Shown here: in pieces, positions 41,846 to 52,862 of the stretch
Layout of the letters: each line of letters starts with the position of its first letter
Position numbering within the stretch: the first letter of the stretch is position 1
Assembly (NCBI GenBank): GCA_029838195.1
Contig: JALGVJ010000001.1
Span: 128,001 to 192,000, forward strand
Source of the DNA: Promethearchaeota archaeon
Lineage (GTDB): Archaea > Asgardarchaeota > Lokiarchaeia > Sigyniarchaeales > SOKP01
Direction of reading: 5' to 3'
DNA: 64,000 nt
Position numbers and translations under genes: made by a program
Notes under the pieces: generated by a model
Databases searched by the model: none
Told to the model about the DNA's origin: nothing
What the model saw: only the letters and a program-made list of their open reading frames with translations

Positions 41846-42280
41846 GTCTATTAAGAATTTCTTTTTTTCATTGTCATTTTGAAAGAAATTAACCAGATAA
41901 ATGATTAAATAAATGTTTATTTAAATTTTTAATAAAACTTTTCCATGATAAGCTTGAAAATGAACGATTTTTATAATTTTATTTAAATTATTCGAATGAT
42001 GCTAAAAAATATTCAGCATACTATAATTGATTTTTAGAAAAATTTAATTTATATTTTAAAATAAGAAAGATATTTTTCTTCATTAGATTTTTGTAATAAT
42101 GGATTAATTTAAAAATTAAAACCTTAATAAGAAATACTTAAATAGGAAACAAGCTTATTGGGAATACCTTTAAAAAGGGAAGAAATATTAACCCGATAAA
42201 AAAAAAGATTTATATATAATCTTATAATAATTATCTATATAGAAAAATTACACCGGAAAATAGGTTGTAAGGCGATTTTA

Positions 42281-42574
42281 ATGAAAATAGTCACTGTAAA
42301 TATCCCAGAATCATTTATCGATGTCATTGAGAAGTTAGTAGGTGAAAATGGTATATATCCTTCAAGATCTGAATTAATTCGTTGTGCAGTACGCGACTTT
42401 CTTTTAAAAGAGTTACAATCTGCAAAGGATTTAACTCTTCTTAATGAACCGGAATTTGAAGAATCCGTGAAAGATGATAAATATGTAAAAATTCCTATTG
42501 AACGAATTGGAGAAAATGATGAACCCATCAGGGAATTTAAAACTTATAAGATTATAAAACGATTAGAATATTAG
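42281..42574 (+). CDS. Ribbon-helix-helix (CopG/CdrS-like) transcription regulator
   Basis: KIVTVNIPE....IEKLV...G.YPSRSELIR.AVRDFL. Confidence 0.88.
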   Translation: MKIVTVNIPESFIDVIEKLVGENGIYPSRSELIRCAVRDFLLKELQSAKDLTLLNEPEFEESVKDDKYVKIPIERIGENDEPIREFKTYKIIKRLEY

Positions 42575-42806
42575 TTTTGGGATGAAGTTAGGAGGGCATT
42601 AATTTATTTCTATTTTTCTTTTTTTTATTTTTTTAATCAACTTCTCTTTTTTTTTTGTTTATTTGGACATTTTAAAATCTCTCTCACGCTACAAGAGAAT
42701 ATTTTTTATTTCCGATCAGCTTTAGGAAATTCTTATTTCAACTGGTTGCAAGTATTCTCTTTAAAATAATAGTTGGATAAAAATAAACGCTTGTAAAAAT
42801 AAAGTT

Positions 42807-43685
42807 TTAATCAATTAAATTAATATTATGTTCTCTCACTACTTTTTTAAATTCGTGCGCTTGATACGCTGATGCAAAACATTCTTTTGCATCCTCAATT
42901 GCCCCATAGAAAATAAAATTCGAAAACCACGAGGCTATGAACATGATGCTAGCTTTTCGAAACTTGGTATGGAATTTAACGTTCAATCGAGGAGAAGAGT
43001 ATTTGAATAGAAAAAGAGTAGGAGCTGTTCCCACGGGTAAATACAAGGAAGTAGAAACTAATCGTTGAAATTCTAAAATGTGAGCTAATGATTCCAAATT
43101 TACAACGCCTCCATCTATCCAAATTCTTTCTACTCCTAATTTTTGAACGCCTTGAATTAAAGATTGACCGGTGGATTCATCCTTTTTCGTAATGTAATTA
43201 AATCTTTGTGTGGAAGTCATGTTTTCCGAACCAACAATCAATATGACGATGGAATTTATCTTATTTTCACGAATGACCTCTAATTCTTTTGGATTTTTTA
43301 GATTAGAAATGGTGTTATAAATGTAATCCATGGGTTTTATTCCCCTTTCTTTTAAATATTGAATACCTGCCATGCGTGCTTCAAAAGTTCCTCCCAAAAC
43401 AAAAGGAGTCTCAAAATTATCGAGATAAAATGAAAGATATCGTTCTATGGACTCAGGAGTATCTCCTGAGATTTCAATTAAACCCGGCAAGTGGTATTTT
43501 TCTGATAATTCAAAGTGTTGTTTTATCCGTTTTTTTGCTTTTTCATCGTTAAATTGGGAAGGATTCATTCTATCTACGATCGTTTCTCCTTGATAAAAAA
43601 TGGTTCCAATAAGAACAGGGGGCAATTCAAAATTTCCCCGACCTAATTTCACGTTATTATAAATAAAAGGATCTTTTTCAGACAT
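42807..43685 (-). CDS. MtrH-like pterin-binding methyltransferase (divergent)
   Basis: VKLG....ELPPVLIGTIFY.G..IV, F..EKA, TPESI.RY, EARMAG, IYNTIS, FIFYGAIE. Confidence 0.75.
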   Translation of the reverse strand: MSEKDPFIYNNVKLGRGNFELPPVLIGTIFYQGETIVDRMNPSQFNDEKAKKRIKQHFELSEKYHLPGLIEISGDTPESIERYLSFYLDNFETPFVLGGTFEARMAGIQYLKERGIKPMDYIYNTISNLKNPKELEVIRENKINSIVILIVGSENMTSTQRFNYITKKDESTGQSLIQGVQKLGVERIWIDGGVVNLESLAHILEFQRLVSTSLYLPVGTAPTLFLFKYSSPRLNVKFHTKFRKASIMFIASWFSNFIFYGAIEDAKECFASAYQAHEFKKVVREHNINLID

Positions 43686-43913
43686 GGGCTATCATTATTG
43701 ATTATTCTTATTTAATCTCTCGTAATATTAATTATCATTTACGACAGTTTTTATTTTTTAAAAAAATAATGCAATGTCTTTATTAAATCTTATATAATGA
43801 TTTTATTTATAGTTTGGACTTGAAAAGAAAAACACTTTATCCTAAGAGTTGTAGAATTGGATAAATTTAATTCCTACTTCAGCTTCCAAGGGTTTTAATT
43901 TAAAATTATAATA

Positions 43914-45110
43914 TTATTGAAGATTTAACTTAGCGGAACAAATCTTACACAAGGAGTTCTCCAATTTTTCAAAACATTCTTCATGATATAAAGTTTCACA
44001 TTCAGGATTATTACACATGATTACGTGTTGGTCGGGCTCAAAAATAAAATTACAAACAGGACAAGATTTATATAATGCCCCTTCTCCCAATTCACTCACG
44101 ACATGCCTGGTTGCAGCAAATTCTTTAGGTGTAATTCCTGAATTCAAGCTTGTTTTAGAAGTCGCTAATATTTTTAGACGTTTTACTTGACTTACCTCCG
44201 AAGGAATTTTCAACAAGTAGAAGCAATGAGGGCATCTCACCACGGCAGCTTTATTAAAAACTTTATCTTTTTGAGAATCCGCCCATTCGGAAAGACAGTG
44301 AATGTGAAAAGGAGCTTGACAATTCGGACAATATCGTCCGGTAAGAAAGAAACTTCCCCCCGTGATGGGATCTAGTTCTTTAAAACAGATAGAACATTTT
44401 TTATAATCAGCTTCTCCCCGAATCTGTTTTATTCTTTCTTCTTGATCTTTTGTCATATCTTGTAAGTTTAATAAGGGTGCGGCGATTTTCCTGGCAAAAG
44501 CAGGGTTTTCTAAAGGAGTTTGAGTTTTTTTACCAAAAGATTTTATATTAGAATATGCTACCTTACGCACTGCTTCTTGGAGGCTCTCAATAGTATTGAT
44601 ATAAAAGTACGTCCCTCCTGTTATGTCCGTCAAGCGTTTTAACACGTTAATATTAGAGGTTTCCCCTAGTCGAAACACGTCAATTTCAATCCCCAATCCC
44701 GCTGCTATTTTAGCCATTTTTACAAGATCTTTCTCATCCCCTAAATTATTGCCATCCGAAACGATAAGTATCTTCGGATTCTTCGCTCCGACTTTCCTTA
44801 ATTCCGTAATTTCCATTTTTATTGCTAAAGCCAAAGCCTCTCCCAGGGAAGTAGTTCCATTATATTCCAGCGAATCTAAACTTTCCTCTAAAACGGAGAA
44901 TATATTGGAAAATTCAATGATTTTTTCAGCTGTATCAGAAAATTGAATAATAGCAAATGAACTTGAATTGTCGACCTCTAACCGTTCTTTAATTAAAGAC
45001 TTTAAAGCGTGTTTAACAGATTCCAAACGCGTCGGTTCATAATCCGTACGACGCATGGAGCGAGAAGTATCAATTAAAATGGCTATATTCTCGGGAATTC
45101 TTGACGACAT
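43914..45110 (-). CDS. vWA domain (Ssl1/p44- or Rpn10-like) plus two C4HC3 RING/PHD-type zinc fingers
   Basis: MIDAS DTSRS..TDYEPTRL, SDG, TGGTY; fingers CSIC..CPNC..H..C..CPHC and CPVC..CNNPEC..H..C..CKIC. Confidence 0.85.
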   Translation of the reverse strand: MSSRIPENIAILIDTSRSMRRTDYEPTRLESVKHALKSLIKERLEVDNSSSFAIIQFSDTAEKIIEFSNIFSVLEESLDSLEYNGTTSLGEALALAIKMEITELRKVGAKNPKILIVSDGNNLGDEKDLVKMAKIAAGLGIEIDVFRLGETSNINVLKRLTDITGGTYFYINTIESLQEAVRKVAYSNIKSFGKKTQTPLENPAFARKIAAPLLNLQDMTKDQEERIKQIRGEADYKKCSICFKELDPITGGSFFLTGRYCPNCQAPFHIHCLSEWADSQKDKVFNKAAVVRCPHCFYLLKIPSEVSQVKRLKILATSKTSLNSGITPKEFAATRHVVSELGEGALYKSCPVCNFIFEPDQHVIMCNNPECETLYHEECFEKLENSLCKICSAKLNLQ

Positions 45111-45398
45111 TTTAATATAATTATATCATTTTGCTTATTTATTTTTTTAGAAATAAAAAACCATTTCTTGAGCTTCCAAAATTCTATGGAATAAAAATTA
45201 TAATGAAATATTTTTAATTTACCAATTTTTTTCTTGCCTTACTTTTTTTAAACTTCGAGCTCCAGCCTTAAAAATGTCGTTTTCTAATCTCTATTTTTTT
45301 TTTATAAAGTTAAAAACAAAAAATTAAAAAAACATATTTTTGTTAATGATAATAATACAATACAAAAATTATAATTCAAAAAATCTCTAATTAAAATC

Positions 45399-46601
45399 AT
45401 GGCCCTTCAAGAAAATCTCTCAAAAATAAGGGACTTTTTCAAATCTAATGTTTCCATAAATGATATTGAGGCTCTCCTTCAATTTCCTCCAGATACTTTA
45501 GTGGGAATTGACCAGATAAGTGCTGAAAAACTTGCTCAACAAGAAATAAATACTATTGAGGATTTAGCAAAAATAAATGAAAATAATCCTCCAGAGATTA
45601 GGGGAATACCTCCAATAATTTTAGTAAAATGGATCAAGATTGCAAAATTACTTCAAAAAAATGTAAGCGAGCAAGTAAAATTACAGAAAAAATTGTTAAT
45701 GATCGGATTAGATAATTCCGGGAAATCGTCTATTTTAGCTGTGGCTCAAGATAAATTTTCCATAGTAAAAGATTTATTGCCTACCAAAGGTGTAAAACGA
45801 GAAAGATTAGACTTTTTTGGCTATCCCATCATATCTTGGGATTTAGGCGGCCAAATTCAATATAGAGAGAATTATTATTTTAATAAACCTGAACTCTTCT
45901 TTACAGAAGTAGACCTCATTTTATATGTGGTAGATATTCAAGATGAAAATAGATTTGAAGAATCTGTTAATTATTTTGAGGAAGTAAATAAAATATTAAA
46001 AGAATTGGGAGAAACCCCTCCAATGGTGATCGTCCTTCATAAAAGCGACCAAGACTTAAGAAAGACCCTCCGCTGGCAAAAAAATGTAGCTACAGTGAAA
46101 AAAGAATTTGATCCTATAATTGAAAAATATGAAATTGACGCAGATTATATTGATACGACGATTTTTCAAAAAGAAACAATTCTCCAGATGTTTAGTATCG
46201 CTCTCAAGAAAATATCTGAAACTTCAGAAATTATTGAACATATTTTATTAGATTTCTCATTAAGCGTACAAGGCAGGGGCGCATGTTTAATCTCTTTGGA
46301 TGGCCTCATTTTTGGTAGTTATACTAAAGATAAAGTGGATGAAAAACTATTACATAATACTGCTTTATTGTTACAAACCCTTACCAATTTTCATAAAACG
46401 ATAGGATTAAAACAAGAACATGTTCTCTCTCTCGAATTTCATAGAAATGGGTTTACAATTCGGGGAGAGAAATTATTTGAATATTCTGAATTAGAAATCC
46501 CCGTATTTCTATGGACACTTTCGGAACAACCAGAATTAGTTATTGAAAAAATCAAGTATTTTAGAGACCAATTACTTCCTTTAATAAATTTATTTCTTTA
46601 A
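45399..46601 (+). CDS. Arf/Rag-like small GTPase with N-terminal helix-hairpin-helix and C-terminal roadblock-like domain
   Basis: G1 GLDNSGKSS, G2 PTKG, G3 WDLGGQ, G4 HKSD; N-term LVGIDQISAEKL...INTIEDLA; C-term GACLISLDGLIFGS. Confidence 0.85.
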   Translation: MALQENLSKIRDFFKSNVSINDIEALLQFPPDTLVGIDQISAEKLAQQEINTIEDLAKINENNPPEIRGIPPIILVKWIKIAKLLQKNVSEQVKLQKKLLMIGLDNSGKSSILAVAQDKFSIVKDLLPTKGVKRERLDFFGYPIISWDLGGQIQYRENYYFNKPELFFTEVDLILYVVDIQDENRFEESVNYFEEVNKILKELGETPPMVIVLHKSDQDLRKTLRWQKNVATVKKEFDPIIEKYEIDADYIDTTIFQKETILQMFSIALKKISETSEIIEHILLDFSLSVQGRGACLISLDGLIFGSYTKDKVDEKLLHNTALLLQTLTNFHKTIGLKQEHVLSLEFHRNGFTIRGEKLFEYSELEIPVFLWTLSEQPELVIEKIKYFRDQLLPLINLFL

Positions 46602-46687
46602 TTTTTCCTTTCCTTACTAGTTTACAAGAGATTCTTGGATTTCCCTTATATCTTTTTTTTATTGAATTTTTTTGCATTTAAAATCTT

Positions 46688-46900
46688 CTAATCTAAAGCA
46701 TCATGAGCTGCTATTAAATGATCATTACACAGTTTCATTTGTTTAATTGCTTCATTTAATTGTTCAACAATGAATTTTAATCCATGAGATTTAGCGATAT
46801 CGCGCCATTTAATAAATGATTCCACGTGTGAATCATTATGCTCCGCCCAATGCTTTAATAACTTTTTTAACTTAAGGAGTTCTTTTTCTTTACCATTCAT
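46688..46900 (-). CDS. Small His-rich helical protein (HWxEHNxxH family), possible metal/Ni chaperone
   Basis: KLKKLLKHWAEHNDSHVESF..W; GGAGGTG upstream. Confidence 0.75.
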   Translation of the reverse strand: MNGKEKELLKLKKLLKHWAEHNDSHVESFIKWRDIAKSHGLKFIVEQLNEAIKQMKLCNDHLIAAHDALD

Positions 46901-47523
46901 GTTAAAACACCTCCATTAAAGAATAGAATTATAAAAAAATCATGATTAGTACTTAGGAAATAATTATTTCTAATAAAAAAATTTAACAAAAAAAAAAAGA
47001 ACTAATGAAAAACCCATGAAAAGACATTTTGAATAAGAGATTTTCCTAAAAAATCTCGCTCTGGATTCCTCACGATTTCCATGGAAAAAATGAAAAATCT
47101 AAAATCATGACATGAAAAAAAGGAAATAATTTTTTATGTAGGAAAACAAAGTTTCTAGTGAGGCGGAAATTGCCAATAAGATCTTGACCCCTTTAACATT
47201 TATTCCCTCTAAATCTCTTTACCTGAGAAATTTTTATTTAATCCTTCGCTTTCATGGAGGAAAATTACGAGGTAAAACTTTATTAATATATACTAAAAAT
47301 TCACTCTTTTTATTCTAATTATAAAATATACTTTCATGAAAAGTTCGATTATTAATTAACCTTGAAAGTTTATTAACGTTTCTAAATAATTTTAAATACA
47401 TCTATATCCATGCCCGTTATCCATTATAAAAACATTTATATATAATTATTGATCAAATATTAAACATCAGATTTTATCCAAAATTTTAATGAAATTTATA
47501 CAAAAATTAAGGAGGAAAAATTT

Positions 47524-48915
47524 ATGAATGATTCAAATAATAATCAAGAAATTGCATCGACTAAGAAAATGTTGTCTTATTCTCTAGGATTTGTCATTAC
47601 CAATAGCATTGGATACGGCGTTTCTCAAGTGTTGTTTTATTTCTATGAAGTTGAGGTAAGACTCCCCGTTGTTCTGGTCGGTTTCTCGTTTGTTATTTTC
47701 GCTATATGGAACGCTATCAATGATCCGCTTGTTGGATATCTAACTGATAGGCCCTTTAAATTCACGAAAAAATGGGGCATGCGATTTCCTTGGATATTAA
47801 TCGGTGGCGTTCCTACTCTTATTTTCTGGATGCTCCTATTCATTCCCCCAGATATTGATCCCTTGAACCCTTGGCCAGTTTTTCTATTTTTCGTGATAAT
47901 GGCATGTGCCATGGATGGATTTTTTTCTCTTTATGCTACTCACTTAGGAGCGGGTTATACCATTCATTTTCGCACGGATGAAGAAAGGAGAAAAGCCGGA
48001 GCATTTAATAATGCAATTCCTCAGACAGTTGGTTTATTTTTAGGATTCATCTTTCCATTAATATATGTTTATGGTCAAAAGAGCACTGCTTCTCTTGCAG
48101 TTTTTTATTTAGTATTAGCATATGCTGTTTGTTTAATTTTCCTAATTCCAGGTATAAAAGAATCAGACATTATTAAGGAGCGTTTTCTTCAAGGATATAA
48201 GACGGAAAAGCATCTCTCTTTCTTCCAAACAATGAAAATTGCCTTAAAAAGGAAAAATTATCTGGTTACCATTATCATTTTCTTATTCACGAGCACGGCT
48301 TGGAACCTCTATCTTTCCTCAGGAATCTATTTTGTCAAGGATATATTAAGAAAACCTTTAAGCGTAAATGTTTTCATTAGTATAGGATCCTTTCTAGGAT
48401 TTGTTGGTTTCATCCCCATGTGGGTAAAGATTGCCGGAAAAATTGGACACGTGAAAACCATGAAAATCGGTTTAATAATCGCAGGAATTTCATGTTTGCC
48501 ATCACTATGGATTACAACCGTGTGGGAGGCTGTATTTTACAGCTTCGTAGGGGGAATAGCGTTTGGGGCTCATTCCATAATGATTGGCCCAATAACCGCC
48601 GCTGTATATGATGAAATCACGGTAGAAACAGAAAGGCATCAAGAAGCGAAACTTGAAGGAGTTCGAACCTTTTTCTTGCGATTTGCGTTCATTCTTCAAG
48701 CACTCATCATTACAGTCATTCACATTCTCACACAATATAATCCCGATCCTCTTGCGATTCAGACTCCCTTGGCAACTTGGGGAATTCGCATTCAAATGGC
48801 TTTGGTTCCTTGTTTGTTTTATATAGCAGCAGCTCTCATGATGATATTTTTTTACAATCTCACGGAAGTAAGAGAACGCGAAATTAGAGCAAAAATGCTA
48901 CGATTAAAACTTTAA
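47524..48915 (+). CDS. MFS GPH-family transporter
   Basis: WNAINDPLVGYLTDR..WGMRFPW, VYDE...ERHQEA..EG; about 12 TM; GGAGG upstream. Confidence 0.9.
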   Translation: MNDSNNNQEIASTKKMLSYSLGFVITNSIGYGVSQVLFYFYEVEVRLPVVLVGFSFVIFAIWNAINDPLVGYLTDRPFKFTKKWGMRFPWILIGGVPTLIFWMLLFIPPDIDPLNPWPVFLFFVIMACAMDGFFSLYATHLGAGYTIHFRTDEERRKAGAFNNAIPQTVGLFLGFIFPLIYVYGQKSTASLAVFYLVLAYAVCLIFLIPGIKESDIIKERFLQGYKTEKHLSFFQTMKIALKRKNYLVTIIIFLFTSTAWNLYLSSGIYFVKDILRKPLSVNVFISIGSFLGFVGFIPMWVKIAGKIGHVKTMKIGLIIAGISCLPSLWITTVWEAVFYSFVGGIAFGAHSIMIGPITAAVYDEITVETERHQEAKLEGVRTFFLRFAFILQALIITVIHILTQYNPDPLAIQTPLATWGIRIQMALVPCLFYIAAALMMIFFYNLTEVREREIRAKMLRLKL

Positions 48916-49035
48916 ACATGAAAACTTTGTAAACGGGTGGCGGAGATATTGATTTATTAATTAATTATAAATCATTTTATTTTTTAATATAAAAACACAA
49001 GCAATTATCATGTATTAAACAAGAGTAAAAAAATC

Positions 49036-49920
49036 ATGAAAGAATTTAAAGATAAAGTTGCAGTAATAACGGGCTCTGCAAGCGGTATCGGTCAAGGGAT
49101 TGCAAGACGTGCCGCAAAAGAAGGGATGAAAATTGTATTGGCAGATATAGAAGAAGAGGCACTAAAACAAACAGAAGAAGAACTAAAACAAGCCGGATCA
49201 CATGTCCTTTCTGTAATAGTAGATGTTTCAAAACTTCACGACATTGAAAATTTAGCAAAAAAAACGATTGATGAGTTCGGAGAAGTACATCTTTTATGCA
49301 ATAATGCCGGAGTAGGAGCTGGGTGTTTTTTATGGGAATGTGATATTCATGATTGGAATTGGGTAATGGGAGTAAATCTATGGGGGGTTATATACGGTAT
49401 TCGAACATTTGTTCCAATAATGCTCCAACAAGATAATGAATGCCACATCGTTAATACAGCATCCGTGGCAGGAATATTACCGGGAGAACCGGCGAATGGC
49501 ATTTATAGCATTACAAAACATGGTGTAGTAGCCCTCTCTGAGAGCCTTCGAGCAGCATTTGATTATCTTAAATGTAAAATCGGTATATCTGTACTTTGTC
49601 CGGGCATTGTAAAAACTCGGATTACAAATTGTGAGAGAAATCGCCCTCAAGAATTCCGTGGTATAAATTATATTTCTAGTCAAGAACGCCTTATTCAAAA
49701 ACATCCGGAAATTGAAAAATATGTCGATAATTACATTAAAGCATTTGAAAAAGGTACATCCCCAGATCAAGCTGGTGATATCGTCTTTGAAAGCATCAAG
49801 AGAAAAATTTTTTATATATTTACGGAAACAGGTTTTTCATGGAAAAAACTAATGGAAGCTCGATTTAATAGTATTATAAAGGATTTTGAACAAATAGATA
49901 CCCTTTTAAAAAAGATGTAA
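49036..49920 (+). CDS. Short-chain dehydrogenase/reductase
   Basis: TGSASGIG, NNAG, NTAS, YSITK catalytic motif, CPG. Confidence 0.93.
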   Translation: MKEFKDKVAVITGSASGIGQGIARRAAKEGMKIVLADIEEEALKQTEEELKQAGSHVLSVIVDVSKLHDIENLAKKTIDEFGEVHLLCNNAGVGAGCFLWECDIHDWNWVMGVNLWGVIYGIRTFVPIMLQQDNECHIVNTASVAGILPGEPANGIYSITKHGVVALSESLRAAFDYLKCKIGISVLCPGIVKTRITNCERNRPQEFRGINYISSQERLIQKHPEIEKYVDNYIKAFEKGTSPDQAGDIVFESIKRKIFYIFTETGFSWKKLMEARFNSIIKDFEQIDTLLKKM

Positions 49921-49994
49921 AATATATTATCATGGATATTTTAATATCAGAATAAAAAATAAGAATAAAAAAATTTAAAATTTAATTTTTTTCC

Positions 49995-52346
49995 TTATTG
50001 ATGACATAATCGCTCGAGTAGGGTAGGATCCACGATTTCCTTTGGTTTCCAACCTTTCTGCTTTAAATATTCTATGATCTCGTCTTTCATATTGATGGGG
50101 ATGTCTGCCTCCACCCGAATGAATTTTTCAAGGTCATTCGGAAATTTCACTCCTTTGTATTTCCTTTCTAAATCAATCCAATGGCTTAATTTGATCATTC
50201 GTCCCTTGCTATTATCGGCAGGACGTAAGCACATTTTTGCCACTAAACAAATGGCTTGTTCTATGGTTTCTGCCGTAGTTAATAAATGCTCGGGACAGGG
50301 ACCAACTACATGACCACCAGTACCATCTCGCGCATTATATACTTTCCAAGCTTCCTCATCATCAGATCTTCCAAGATACATCCTTCTATATTCTGCTGAA
50401 TGAGGTCCACACACAGCAGGAATGCCCATGCCATTACAACTACTTGCAATACTTGCCGCTTTCTGACTCATTGCACCCCAAGCTACTCCGCAAGCACCAA
50501 CGCGATTCAGAATGTAATCCGCAATTTCTTCATAATTTCCTCGAAGCGGTCTTCGTGCGAAGATATTTGCAACCTTTATAGCGGCTCCATTAATGTGAGG
50601 ATTTGAGACGCAAGAACCGACATTTACTAACCCTCCTTTGTCGAAATCTCCGGGGAATCTATCATATAATGTTTTGCCTTCTTCATCTTTGACCAAACCA
50701 ATGTCCATTGCTCCGCATCCCGAAACCACGACAATATAATTACGCTTGCAAAATTCTTCTGCCATCATGTATAATTCTTGAATTTCCTTACCATAATTTG
50801 CACATCCTATGATAGCAACGATCCCCGGAATCTCGCCTAATACGATTGGAGCTCCAACATTTCTTATTTCTGTATCTTGTATTGGACCCCTTCCTACTCG
50901 TAAATTAAATTTTTCATTTCTAATCTTTTCTCTTCCGGCATACATTATCAAAGTAAGCGGTGAAACCTCTTTCATGCAATCTGCTTCACATCGTCCACAA
51001 TCTAAACAAGCATCAAAACATTCATTTGCCAATACAGAAAAATTTCCCTCTTTTGCTAATTTCACGCCTTCCACGAGAGGTAAATCATTCGGACAATTTC
51101 GTTGACAATTCCCGCAACCAGTACACCTTAAGGCCATTTCAATGCAGCCCTCTTCATCCGGTACTGCGCTTTTAGCTTTCCTGATAGGCTTTACCTTGAT
51201 TGCCGTTTTCACAGCAACCTTTCCCGCTTTAATGGGATCTAAAATTAGTACCCCTTTCGCCTTTCCACTTACCAAATCTTCCACGATCTCATCAACGGGG
51301 TCATTAGTCCTATCAGGTAACCCATTCATGTTTTTTTCATTTGTAGCGATGAATGGGGCATTAACTAATTTTGCTTGTTCAAAACATCTCAAATTGACGC
51401 ATTGCTCATCAACCATGACTACATCCGCTAACCCGGAACGGATGAAGTGCATTTGACGAGCTAAAGACCCTACAATTTTCGCTCCACTATAATATCTGGT
51501 TAAATCAAGGGCTGTACAGCAGATTGCTCCTACATCTACTTTATTTTCTAGCCCTTCAGATCTTAAATAATCTACCAATTCAATACCGGGGGCTACATTA
51601 TGTCCGATCATTAAAATAGTAGCCTTGTTCTCTGTATCTAATGTCCCCATTCCTAACTCTACTATGGGTACATCTGCCTCTCCCATCGGAAATCCATAGG
51701 CTGCAATTTGAACAGCATCCGCAATTTCCATGCCCACAGCATCTGCTAAACCAGCTAAAAAACTTTTTGCTTCAAAATCTAAATAACTTGCTTCTTGACC
51801 CGTATGTCCGCTCGCAAGTAAATGAGTGATGGTATAGTGAACCCATTCCATTGCAGTCTCCAGATCTTCTAAAGTTTCTGGTTTCATTCCTACAATTAAT
51901 CTCGTACAAGGCATCTCTACAGCAATATTATTCCCATAATTAATTGGAACATTTCCATACTTCTCTTTTAACCAATGAAGAAGATGGTCTCCATGAGCTG
52001 AATGACAACTAGCTCCAATACAACATGCTATTTCTACCATCCTTGCTTGTTGCGTTTCCATGTTAATTCCACAAGCACCCGTCCGCCCCTTGGAAAGATT
52101 GCATTTTCCGAACGTACATAGACAACACATGTCACAGATTGGCATGTAAAATGGTTTGTAGCGTTCCATGAGCTTAAAAAACCAAGAACGTAGAGTTGGA
52201 ATATGTGGACAAGGAGTAGGCCCCATGGGTTCCCATTCCGTCTCATCACCTAAATGGATTTTACCGGTGGTGAATTCAAAGCCCTTAATAATTCCGAGAG
52301 GTCCTTTATATTCGTCGATTTTTAATTTTGCGCCTTTTTTAGACAT
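49995..52346 (-). CDS. cdhA: CO dehydrogenase/acetyl-CoA synthase complex subunit alpha
   Basis: WEPMGPTP, CDMCCLCTFGKC..GACG, GHN, ICCT, DEQC, ferredoxin CTGCGNC and CLDCGRC, GCAN, SGCG, VGSCVSN, WGAMSQKA, DPT. Confidence 0.96.
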   Translation of the reverse strand: MSKKGAKLKIDEYKGPLGIIKGFEFTTGKIHLGDETEWEPMGPTPCPHIPTLRSWFFKLMERYKPFYMPICDMCCLCTFGKCNLSKGRTGACGINMETQQARMVEIACCIGASCHSAHGDHLLHWLKEKYGNVPINYGNNIAVEMPCTRLIVGMKPETLEDLETAMEWVHYTITHLLASGHTGQEASYLDFEAKSFLAGLADAVGMEIADAVQIAAYGFPMGEADVPIVELGMGTLDTENKATILMIGHNVAPGIELVDYLRSEGLENKVDVGAICCTALDLTRYYSGAKIVGSLARQMHFIRSGLADVVMVDEQCVNLRCFEQAKLVNAPFIATNEKNMNGLPDRTNDPVDEIVEDLVSGKAKGVLILDPIKAGKVAVKTAIKVKPIRKAKSAVPDEEGCIEMALRCTGCGNCQRNCPNDLPLVEGVKLAKEGNFSVLANECFDACLDCGRCEADCMKEVSPLTLIMYAGREKIRNEKFNLRVGRGPIQDTEIRNVGAPIVLGEIPGIVAIIGCANYGKEIQELYMMAEEFCKRNYIVVVSGCGAMDIGLVKDEEGKTLYDRFPGDFDKGGLVNVGSCVSNPHINGAAIKVANIFARRPLRGNYEEIADYILNRVGACGVAWGAMSQKAASIASSCNGMGIPAVCGPHSAEYRRMYLGRSDDEEAWKVYNARDGTGGHVVGPCPEHLLTTAETIEQAICLVAKMCLRPADNSKGRMIKLSHWIDLERKYKGVKFPNDLEKFIRVEADIPINMKDEIIEYLKQKGWKPKEIVDPTLLERLCHQ

Positions 52347-52862
52347 GATATTTCAAACCAATTTATTAATTTTTTTGAATAATATGTTGATTAATAATTG
52401 TTAATATACTCAATTTTTATTAAACTATTTCAATTGAATCTATGATAGACAAGCAATAGGGAATTTAAAAGTTAATTCTTATATTCTAAAATGGAAGTGG
52501 GAAAATCGTTTAAACAAGAAATGTGTGAAATTTCAAACTCATTGAAAAGAAGAATTTCTTAATGGATCTCGATTCTTCTTAATGTTTATTTAAAGAGATT
52601 AGCTGGAAATGTATTTATGTAAAATTCATTGTTCAAAAAAATTGAATGAAAAAATTTTTCCCAAATAAACGAGATATTTTATGAGAGAAGAGAGGGTCAA
52701 ATTACTTTATACATTATTTAGTTAAAAAGGTAAAATATTCCTATTTTATGACCCTTTTTTATATCCTTGTATCTATGAATTGGATTTTGAATTTGTTATT
52801 GAGTCAATATAGAAAAATCTTATAAAAAAAAAGACCTATTCTGAGCATTTGATTGTTACTAT

